DNA from: Candidatus Caldarchaeales archaeon
GTDB lineage: Archaea; Thermoproteota; Nitrososphaeria_A; Caldarchaeales; Calditenuaceae
DNA: 9,950 bases
Assembly (NCBI GenBank): GCA_032249095.1
Contig: JAVVGN010000069.1
Span: 1-9,950 of the forward strand
Direction of reading: 5' to 3'
Position numbers and translations under genes: made by a program. Under the pieces are notes generated by a model. The model was not told the DNA's origin. It did no database searches and saw only the letters and a list, made by a program, of their open reading frames with translations. This document shows positions 1-5,589 of the stretch, piece by piece; the stretch's first letter is position 1, and every line of letters starts with the position of its first letter.

Positions 1-182
1 GGACATATAGTATACCGTTCAAGACCATCCTATCATCAGCCCTAGGCCAACCAACGCTAAACCTAGGAGTAAGAAACGGCCTAATGATCTCCCACCCACC
101 ATCACTAATCACCCTAAACCTCATAATCCACCAAACTCAGAGGAGCCTTGAATAGTTTGGAGACGAGTTCTAGAATAGGCTT
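1..182. other. A/C-skewed, low-GC non-coding tract with no ORF in the track
   Basis: Hand count of 41-160 gives A41 C39 G18 T22. Stops occur in all frames, and the composition differs from the flanking coding DNA. Confidence 0.5.
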
Positions 183-491
183 GTGGATGAACTAGGTGTG
201 GGTGGTAACTTCGTTGCTATGGAGGCTCTGGCCGAGCTGATAACGTACCTAGATCCATCTAAGGGGTTCAGGAAGACAAGCAACCTGTTAGGGCTGTTTA
301 AACCGATTCGCGAGAGAAGGAAGATCTATAGCGGGCACTTGAGGCGTGCTTTGCAGAGGCTGACGGTTTCAGCAAACAACACCGCATCATTTCAACTGAC
401 CGCGAGGATGGAGAAGGAGATCCTCTCAAGAGTCTGGAGGATTTATAGGCAGGAAGCCCTTGGGAGGCTGGCCATGCCGGCGCAGGGATAA
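183..491 (+). CDS. Hypothetical basic protein. Its last 27 codons are encoded by the left inverted repeat, so it may be a fusion or read-through.
   Basis: 102-aa ORF with a GTG start at 183 and an alternative ATG at 219. I recognise no family and see no clear TATA box. The C-terminal MEKEILSRVWRIYRQEALGRLAMPAQG lies inside the repeat. Confidence 0.3.
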   Translation: MDELGVGGNFVAMEALAELITYLDPSKGFRKTSNLLGLFKPIRERRKIYSGHLRRALQRLTVSANNTASFQLTARMEKEILSRVWRIYRQEALGRLAMPAQG

Positions 492-622
492 AGCCCGGAG
501 GCCGGTATGATCCCTCGATTAACGCGCACCCCATTGTCGGGTGCTGTGATGGGTATTTTAACGTCCGGCCTCCTCTAGGGTTTCCCAGATGCCGCACGGA
601 TGGCCAGCCAACCCCCTCCCCC
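414..622. repeat. Inverted repeat, left copy (IR-L). The 209-bp core has degenerate extensions to about 408 and about 650.
   Basis: It is the reverse complement of 2415-2623 with one mismatch (432 G versus 2605, which reads A in the same sense). It was flagged by an identical 54-aa string (RHLGNPRGG...AYKSSR) in the track ORFs 298..639(-) and 2440..2721(+). Confidence 0.95.
466..609 (+). other. Long imperfect hairpin inside IR-L; candidate structured RNA, terminator or insulator module
   Basis: Stems found by hand: 466-475/600-609 (GGCTGGCCAT/ATGGCCAGCC, 10 bp), 497-505/565-573 (GGAGGCCGG/CCGGCCTCC, 9 bp), 526-531/539-544 (GCACCC/GGGTGC, 7-nt loop CATTGTC), plus 485-488/583-586 and 494-496/578-580. 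A C/T-rich tract follows at 610-635. Confidence 0.55.
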
Positions 623-761
623 ACTCTTTCCCCCTTCATGTTTATATGGATGTGAGTTCCGAGGGAGGGTCCTTACCCGTCAATTCCACGAAGAGTTCCC
701 GCGCATAAGTACGCCTCCGACACCCCGCCGAAAGGGCCCTCCAGGGCGAACCGATTGATAG

Positions 762-770
762 ATTTATATG
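762..770 (+). promoter_or_regulatory. TATA box for the 289-aa coiled-coil gene
   Basis: ATTTATATG is centred about 30 nt upstream of the ATG at 797. The same TTTATAT motif recurs upstream of other genes in the window. Confidence 0.55.
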
Positions 771-796
771 CAAATAATGAAGGTTGATACAGAGAG

Positions 797-1666
797 ATGG
801 GGTCAATAATAGGCCGCAGGTCCGAGGAGCTCGAGGCCATTAACATGAACTTGAAGAATATATTGGAGCGGCTTGAGGAGCTCGAGCTTAGACTCTCGGA
901 GGAGGTCCGGAAAAGCGGAGCCGCGGAGTTGGGCGATATTAAGTCTTCGCTTGAAAAGCTTTCCCAGCGGGTCGAGGCCCTAGCCACTACTCAGCCGGAC
1001 TACCTCGTCGACAGGTTCCTCGAGGGAGTCGCAGTCCTTAAGTCACTTGTCTCCTACCTATCGATCTTTCAGGAGCAGCAGACGGAGCTCAGCAGGCTCT
1101 TGGAGTTTCAGAAGGAGCAGGTGGATGTGCTGGAGAGGGCTAGGAACGCGATAATCCGGGAGAGAGAGGAGCTTGAGCAGGAGAGACGGAACCTCGAGAT
1201 ATTGAAGCAGGAGCTGTCATCCCTTAAGGAGAGCGTGGAGGAGAAGGAGGCCGCCCTACGCGGTTTTGAGAGCGAGGTCGCTGCATTGGAGGAGAAGAAG
1301 ACTGAGCTGGAAAACAGCATTAAGGAGCTGAAGGAGACCTATCTGGCCACCCTTCAAGCCGCCTCCCAGCAGATCGATAAGGTTGTGAAGGAGCTCGATA
1401 GAAAGTTCAAGATTAGGGAGGCCCGTCTCGAGAGGCTGGTGAGACTTGAGGAGAGGAAGAGGGAGGAGATAGCCAAGCTTGAATCAGCTAAAACCATGAT
1501 GGAGGAGTATAACAAGCAATTCTCACAACTGGCCGAAGAGGTTAGGCGGCTGGAGCGTAAAAGGTCGCAGCTCCTCCAGGATATCAGTAAGCTTGAGTCG
1601 GAGCGGCGCGAGCTCGAGAGGATTAAGCAGGAGCTCCGAGGAGGGATACTTAGGGGCCTCTCCTAG
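797..1666 (+). CDS. Coiled-coil protein of unknown function, 289 aa
   Basis: ATG start with a TATA box upstream. The sequence is E/L/K/R-rich with heptad character throughout. A short N-terminal coiled coil is followed by a hydrophobic break (about residues 66-95) and then a long uninterrupted coiled coil. There are no NTPase or Cys motifs. Confidence 0.8.
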   Translation: MGSIIGRRSEELEAINMNLKNILERLEELELRLSEEVRKSGAAELGDIKSSLEKLSQRVEALATTQPDYLVDRFLEGVAVLKSLVSYLSIFQEQQTELSRLLEFQKEQVDVLERARNAIIREREELEQERRNLEILKQELSSLKESVEEKEAALRGFESEVAALEEKKTELENSIKELKETYLATLQAASQQIDKVVKELDRKFKIREARLERLVRLEERKREEIAKLESAKTMMEEYNKQFSQLAEEVRRLERKRSQLLQDISKLESERRELERIKQELRGGILRGLS

Positions 1667-2034
1667 TCCCTCTCGAGCTTGACGTATCTCTCAACTATAT
1701 CAGCCATGTAATCTAGTATGCTTAGCCTTTCATTTATCTCGGCAAGAATCTCCTCCATACTGGCAAGCCTAGACTCTAAGCGCGAGATCTCCTCCCTCAG
1801 ATTTGACAGAAGCTCTTTTAACTCAGCGCTCTCGAGTGGATCATGCCTAGAGGCCACTTTCTTCGCCAGGGCCTCTATCTTTTCATCCTGTTCGAGGAGA
1901 CGCGCAGTGATCTTTTCGAGTGCTTTGAAGGTGCTGTCAAACTCGGGGACGCGGCCACGGGGGGTCTCTATAGCGTCAACCACCACCTCTTCCTCTTCCG
2001 CGCCAACGTCCGCCCCCTCTCCTTCCCCACTCAT
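1663..2034 (-). CDS. Small protein with an acidic N-terminus and a coiled coil, 123 aa
   Basis: Its ATG at 2034 overlaps the TGA of the upstream zinc-finger gene (ATGA), which implies translational coupling. Its stop overlaps the stop of the convergent 797..1666 gene within CTAG (1663-1666). Confidence 0.7.
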   Translation of the reverse strand: MSGEGEGADVGAEEEEVVVDAIETPRGRVPEFDSTFKALEKITARLLEQDEKIEALAKKVASRHDPLESAELKELLSNLREEISRLESRLASMEEILAEINERLSILDYMADIVERYVKLERD

Positions 2035-2231
2035 TCGAGCGTCACCTTACACTTAGGGCATACCGCCTTGGTGTTCTTAAGGCTAGTGTAGCAGTCGGGG
2101 TGGAAGTTGGCGCCGCAGTTCTCGCACTTGAGCGGCTCGACGCCCTCCTCGATCTCTAGGAGGCATGCGTCGCACATAGGCTGCCCCCACTCCCAGCGCC
2201 CCAAGACCCGTCCAGCCTTAACCTTGAGCAC
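2031..2231 (-). CDS. Small C4HC3 cross-brace (RING/PHD-like) zinc-finger protein, 66 aa
   Basis: The ligand pattern is C-x2-C-x12-C-x2-C-x4-H-x2-C-x10-C-x2-C (CDAC...CENCGANFHPDC...CPKC). The GTG start at 2231 lies about 26 nt downstream of a TATA box. An internal ATG at 2177 is an alternative start. Confidence 0.7.
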   Translation of the reverse strand: MLKVKAGRVLGRWEWGQPMCDACLLEIEEGVEPLKCENCGANFHPDCYTSLKNTKAVCPKCKVTLE

Positions 2232-2253
2232 AGAGGCCCTACTCGCTTGAGAC

Positions 2254-2261
2254 TATATAAA
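2254..2261 (-). promoter_or_regulatory. TATA box for the zinc-finger / coiled-coil operon
   Basis: The minus strand reads TTTATATA, centred about 26 nt upstream of the GTG at 2231. Confidence 0.55.
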
Positions 2262-2414
2262 GAAATTACTCCACAGCCTGCCGAAGGGCTGGGGCTAGGG
2301 TATTTATCCTGGAGGATGGAGAGACGGGCTTCATGAGGATGCGTCCCAGCCGCCTACACCTGATAGCGATGATATTCCTTACTCCATAGGTATACATGAG
2401 AAAAGGGAGAGAAG

Positions 2415-2623
2415 GGGGGAGGGGGTTGGCTGGCCATCCGTGCGGCATCTGGGAAACCCTAGAGGAGGCCGGACGTTAAAATACCCATCACAGCACCCGA
2501 CAATGGGGTGCGCGTTAATCGAGGGATCATACCGGCCTCCGGGCTTTATCCCTGCGCCGGCATGGCCAGCCTCCCAAGGGCTTCCTGCCTATAAATCCTC
2601 CAGATTCTTGAGAGGATCTCCTT
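2415..2623. repeat. Inverted repeat, right copy (IR-R). The 209-bp core has degenerate extensions to about 2383 and 2626.
   Basis: It is the reverse complement of 414-622. Coordinates map as L + R = 3037. Confidence 0.95.
2428..2571 (-). other. Second copy of the ~144-nt hairpin module, inside IR-R
   Basis: The sequence is identical to 466-609 in reverse complement. The terminal stems are 2428-2437 and 2562-2571. Confidence 0.55.
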
Positions 2624-2642
2624 CATACTGTGTCTTTATCTC

Positions 2643-2909
2643 TTATGGCCTCGCAACTATGTGGAACCTCTCTATCTGCTCCCTCTCTAGGACTATCGAG
2701 TTGAGTGGTGGTGGGTGGTAGATTCTCGGCGGTTTTTCTCCAGCAGTGGCCTCGTATATTAGCCACCTCAGCGTCTTGAGTGAGGGTATCATCCATGTCT
2801 TCAGCCTCCCATCATACTCGTTCTGCACAATAATGATTCCGTCCGGGGTCGGAGTAATGTTCAGAACCCTCTCCACTGCAACCTCGATCCCCGAATCAGT
2901 CACCACCAT
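2643..2909 (-). CDS. Hypothetical protein, 88 aa from the ATG at 2909; the ORF stays open up to a GTG at 2963
   Basis: A TATA box (minus strand CTTTATAT, 2964-2971) abuts the GTG at 2963, so that GTG probably lies upstream of the transcription start site. The ATG at 2909, preceded by GGGGAGAG, is the more plausible start. I recognise no family. Confidence 0.5.
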   Translation of the reverse strand: MVVTDSGIEVAVERVLNITPTPDGIIIVQNEYDGRLKTWMIPSLKTLRWLIYEATAGEKPPRIYHPPPLNSIVLEREQIERFHIVARP

Positions 2910-2963
2910 CTTCTCTCCCCATGTTTTCACCCGTTTCGGAGAAGAACCCCCCACCGGCCCCAC

Positions 2964-2971
2964 ATATAAAG
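2964..2971 (-). promoter_or_regulatory. TATA box for the 2643..2909 gene
   Basis: The minus strand reads CTTTATAT, the same motif as at the other promoters in the window. Confidence 0.4.
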
Positions 2972-3291
2972 AGTAGTGGCCCCAACAATCGGGCCATCAT
3001 CAACATAGACCCACTATACTCAAGAGAACTACTGCCAAGATAAATAAAGACCTCAAAGAGACTAATACTACTAAGAGAAATCTACCACTCACCAACAAAC
3101 ATTAGGGGTTTGGAGAAGGAGATAGGAGTAGTAAAGAAGGAGAAATCTAAACTAAGACACATACTAGGCATAGAACACGGAAACATACCAATACAGTTGG
3201 ATTTGTGGGGTAACGAGGTAATATTCAGGGGGAAGGACAAACAACACTACACGGATATCCAAGACCAGAAAAGAATCCTTAAAAGCTGGGC

Positions 3292-3915
3292 GTGCCGAGA
3301 AGTGTTGTGCAGCAGGGATATTACCTGATTCCTGGCGCAACCACCGTCGGGATAAAGGGTGTTGACGGTGTCGTACTTGGATCTGAAAAGCGTCTATCAT
3401 ACGGTAACTTCGTCGTCTCCAAGAATGCTAGGAAGATCTTCCAACTCACGCCTAACGCGGGCGTGGCGTGTGCGGGGCTCGTGTCGGACATGCAGGACAT
3501 CATTAGGGAGGCAAAGGCCCTCATAAACCTCTACATCATAGAGGAGGGCCGTCTGCCAAAGATAAACACGGTCGCTAAGATAATCTCAAACTATCTGTTC
3601 GGAAGCAGGTTCTTCCCATATTTCACCGAGACAATAGTCGGAGGTGTTGACCCGCTCGGGCCGCACATTTATGTGCTCGACCCTCTCGGCTCCATTATTG
3701 AGGACGAGTTCGCGGCGGTGGGGAGTGGCGCCGAGATAGCTTCCGGCGTTCTTGAGACATGGTATAGGCCTGGGGCAAGTTTGGAGGAGCTGAGGGAGTT
3801 GGCGATCAAGGCCGTTAAGGCCGGTATGGCGAGGGACGCGGCCAGCGGGAACGGGATTGACATCCTCGTTTTAGGCCGTAACAACTATGCGAGGCTGGAG
3901 GCCGTCCCTGTTTAA
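3292..3915 (+). CDS. psmB: 20S proteasome beta-type subunit, with Ala at the position aligned to catalytic Thr1
   Basis: It aligns without gaps to the Thermoplasma and Methanocaldococcus beta subunits as I recall them (G-ATTVGI..., GSG, RDAASGNG). The start is uncertain between GTG 3292 and GTG 3307. A TTAAAA element lies at 3269-3274. Confidence 0.9.
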   Translation: MPRSVVQQGYYLIPGATTVGIKGVDGVVLGSEKRLSYGNFVVSKNARKIFQLTPNAGVACAGLVSDMQDIIREAKALINLYIIEEGRLPKINTVAKIISNYLFGSRFFPYFTETIVGGVDPLGPHIYVLDPLGSIIEDEFAAVGSGAEIASGVLETWYRPGASLEELRELAIKAVKAGMARDAASGNGIDILVLGRNNYARLEAVPV

Positions 3916-3989
3916 TCTCAAACCCGTTTAGCATCTCAGAATCGGGTAAAACTAATGAGGTGGTATAACGCCATAATATTGTAGGTTAG

Positions 3990-4712
3990 ATGAGGCTAAA
4001 CACACTACACATACGGCTTCTAGCCTATTTATATGAGCAGAAGGGCTTCAGCAACAGCGTTCACACAACAACCCCCATTCTCGCCCGATATCTAGGGACC
4101 TCGCAGCAGTCTGTCTCCCGAATTATGATTAATCTCGAGAAGGAGGGCCTGATAGAGAGAAGGATGGTGGGGCGAAGCTGCTTCGTTAGGTTGACCGGCA
4201 AAGGGGTTAACGAGCTGTCCGAGCTTTACACGGAGCTTAAAAGGGTCCTAGATAGGCCCATCGAGGTCGTTCTAAATGGCCGGGTGTTCAGTGGGCTTGG
4301 AGAGGGGGCATACTATATCTCGCTGCCTTGGTATAAGAACCAGATCCGCGAAAAGCTAGGATTCGACCCGTACCCAGGGACCCTCAACATCAACCTACTC
4401 TCGTGGGACGCGATCCAGAACAAGCGCCTCGTATCCAGATACGCGGATATAATAATCGAGGGCTTCAGGGACCAGCATAGAAGTTATGGAGGGGCGCGCG
4501 CCATACTCGCCACATTCAACCAGAGCGACATCTGCGCGATCTTGTTTATCGAGAGAACACATTATGGCGAGAACGTGATAGAGGTGATCTCCCCAGTCTA
4601 TTTGCGCGGAAAGTATGGATTATCAGACGGGGACAGGGTTGAGGTCAAAGTGTCTCTGCCGACCGCCCCTGTAAAGCAGGAAAGCGGCGTGACGACACAG
4701 CAGCGAGAGTAA
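3990..4712 (+). CDS. ribK: CTP-dependent riboflavin kinase fused to an N-terminal winged-helix HTH domain (RbkR-like)
   Basis: The C-terminal domain carries GRVFSGLGEGAYYISLPWYKNQIREKLGFDPYPGTLNINL and VIEVISPVYLRGKYGLSDGD, matching the archaeal RibK (MJ0056) family. The N-terminal ~85 aa looks like a MarR/winged-helix HTH. Confidence 0.85.
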   Translation: MRLNTLHIRLLAYLYEQKGFSNSVHTTTPILARYLGTSQQSVSRIMINLEKEGLIERRMVGRSCFVRLTGKGVNELSELYTELKRVLDRPIEVVLNGRVFSGLGEGAYYISLPWYKNQIREKLGFDPYPGTLNINLLSWDAIQNKRLVSRYADIIIEGFRDQHRSYGGARAILATFNQSDICAILFIERTHYGENVIEVISPVYLRGKYGLSDGDRVEVKVSLPTAPVKQESGVTTQQRE

Positions 4713-4908
4713 GCAGCCCGTTCGCCGACCACTACCCATCAGCTCCGCCAGAATCTAGCAGAAGAATCCGCGCAATATTTCCGCCCTCACTCTCCTACCT
4801 AATGTATCGTTTTCCTTGTAGGATGGTATTGCTTGTGGGTGTAAAGGAGCTGTCGGCCTGTCGGGGGTCGGAATGCTATTTATTGAGGCGGGTTGGACGT
4901 GCTAATTG

Positions 4909-5541
4909 ATGTCTGAAGCCTTCAGTAGGGCTGAGGAGTGGGTTAAGCAGCAGCTCAAGCAGGGGATGGATCTGGCCTCTATCCAAGCTGGATTCCCAGG
5001 CTTCAAAGACGGCGCAATAAGCGTGAATAGGGTGATATCCGTTGACCCGCTCCTCTTGGGCTATTTCGACGAGAAACTCGCACTCAAAATCACTGAGGAT
5101 GTCATCAGGGCTGTATGGAGGGTCGCGAAGCTACATGGGCTGAATGTTTACACTGCGTCCCAAGAAATCCGGATAGTTAAAGACGGGGTCCTTTATGGCG
5201 TAGTAAGGCAAAACGGATTCGCCGCCGGCAAACCCGCCCTCTTCGCGGACCTCGCATCCATGGTTTTTGGGATTGGGGGTGCACCATTGGCTAGGGTACC
5301 TGTTAAGGATAGCTGGCTCGGCTCCTTAGCAACCTTGATATCGGACAGAAAGGTTGTCGAGGCATTGTTTACTGTGATTCTCGTTGTTCTTCTCCCAACA
5401 ACCCTGGCAGCCGCCTCCCTACTGATCACGCCCTCAATATTTCTCCCCGACATAGGCCGCGTCGCCGCGGTCCTGCTCCTACTATTGACCACGATCTATA
5501 TAGCCAAGCGCTACATAGCCGAGAACATTAGGACGAAGTAG
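4909..5541 (+). CDS. Hypothetical membrane-anchored protein: a soluble N-terminal domain followed by two C-terminal TM helices
   Basis: The ATG at 4909 immediately follows the TTG at 4906 used by the track. A TATTTATT TATA box at 4877-4884 lies about 28 nt upstream. Hydrophobic segments are VVEALFTVILVVLLPTTLAAASLLI and AAVLLLLLTTIYIA. Confidence 0.65.
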   Translation: MSEAFSRAEEWVKQQLKQGMDLASIQAGFPGFKDGAISVNRVISVDPLLLGYFDEKLALKITEDVIRAVWRVAKLHGLNVYTASQEIRIVKDGVLYGVVRQNGFAAGKPALFADLASMVFGIGGAPLARVPVKDSWLGSLATLISDRKVVEALFTVILVVLLPTTLAAASLLITPSIFLPDIGRVAAVLLLLLTTIYIAKRYIAENIRTK

Positions 5542-5589
5542 ACGAGCTAGGCGCGCCGTCAGGGACGCTTAGGAAAGGTTGACCATCTC

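Noticed and set aside
87-108. A second, outer inverted match: TCTCCCACCCACCATCACTAAT versus the reverse complement of 2703-2724 (about 18/22).
   Set aside because: This is low-complexity CCA/CCC sequence. The right copy lies inside a coding region (HPPPL). The two sites are asymmetrically spaced from the main repeats, and there is no flanking similarity.
466-609. The hairpin element as a known RNA: SRP RNA, RNase P RNA, 5S rRNA, tRNA, C/D or H/ACA sRNA, or a hammerhead ribozyme.
   Set aside because: I found none of the diagnostic motifs: no GGAAGGGAGCA-like SRP helix 8, no GGAAAGUCC or ACAGAA for RNase P, no T-loop GTTCRA, no RUGAUGA/CUGA pair, and no CUGAUGA...GAAA core. These were checked by eye only.
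298-639. Track ORFs 298..639(-) and 2440..2721(+) encode the same 54-aa string and could be read as a duplicated gene.
   Set aside because: They are the mirrored reading of the inverted repeat on its outward strand. The translation is Pro/Gly-rich and low in complexity. The frames diverge at the 5C/6C indel on the inner side. Beyond the repeat they run into unrelated sequence that overlaps better ORFs. They are most likely non-coding.
673-2091. Track ORFs 673..987(-), 1108..1320(-), 1718..2056(+) and 1843..2091(+).
   Set aside because: These are Ser/Leu-rich antisense shadows of the GAG/AAG/CTC-rich coiled-coil genes, and no promoter supports them.
414-2623. The repeats as terminal inverted repeats of a transposon, MITE pair or mini linear-virus ITRs.
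   Set aside because: The interior has no transposase, integrase or Cas1, and I found no target-site duplication at the outer ends. Both copies are co-oriented with transcription. At 1.8 kb the interior is too small for a virus. This cannot be fully excluded without genome-wide copy data.
2994-3000. C-box-like TGATGA on the minus strand here, and another near 31-37, suggesting C/D-box sRNAs.
   Set aside because: No D box (CTGA) lies at the expected 40-60 nt spacing. The nearest one is about 100 nt away, inside an ORF.
1-3291. A replication origin, suggested by inverted repeats plus AT-rich tracts.
   Set aside because: I found no ORB or mini-ORB-like TCCAGTGGAAAC motifs and no orc1/cdc6 gene in the window. 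The repeats are far longer than origin recognition boxes.
3110-3328. A 72-aa ORF upstream of psmB, starting TTG GAG AAG GAG AT, which shares a 12-mer with the repeat sORF start.
   Set aside because: It has a TTG start in an A-rich low-complexity tract, overlaps the psmB promoter and start, and has no recognisable domain. The shared purine-rich 12-mer is plausibly chance.
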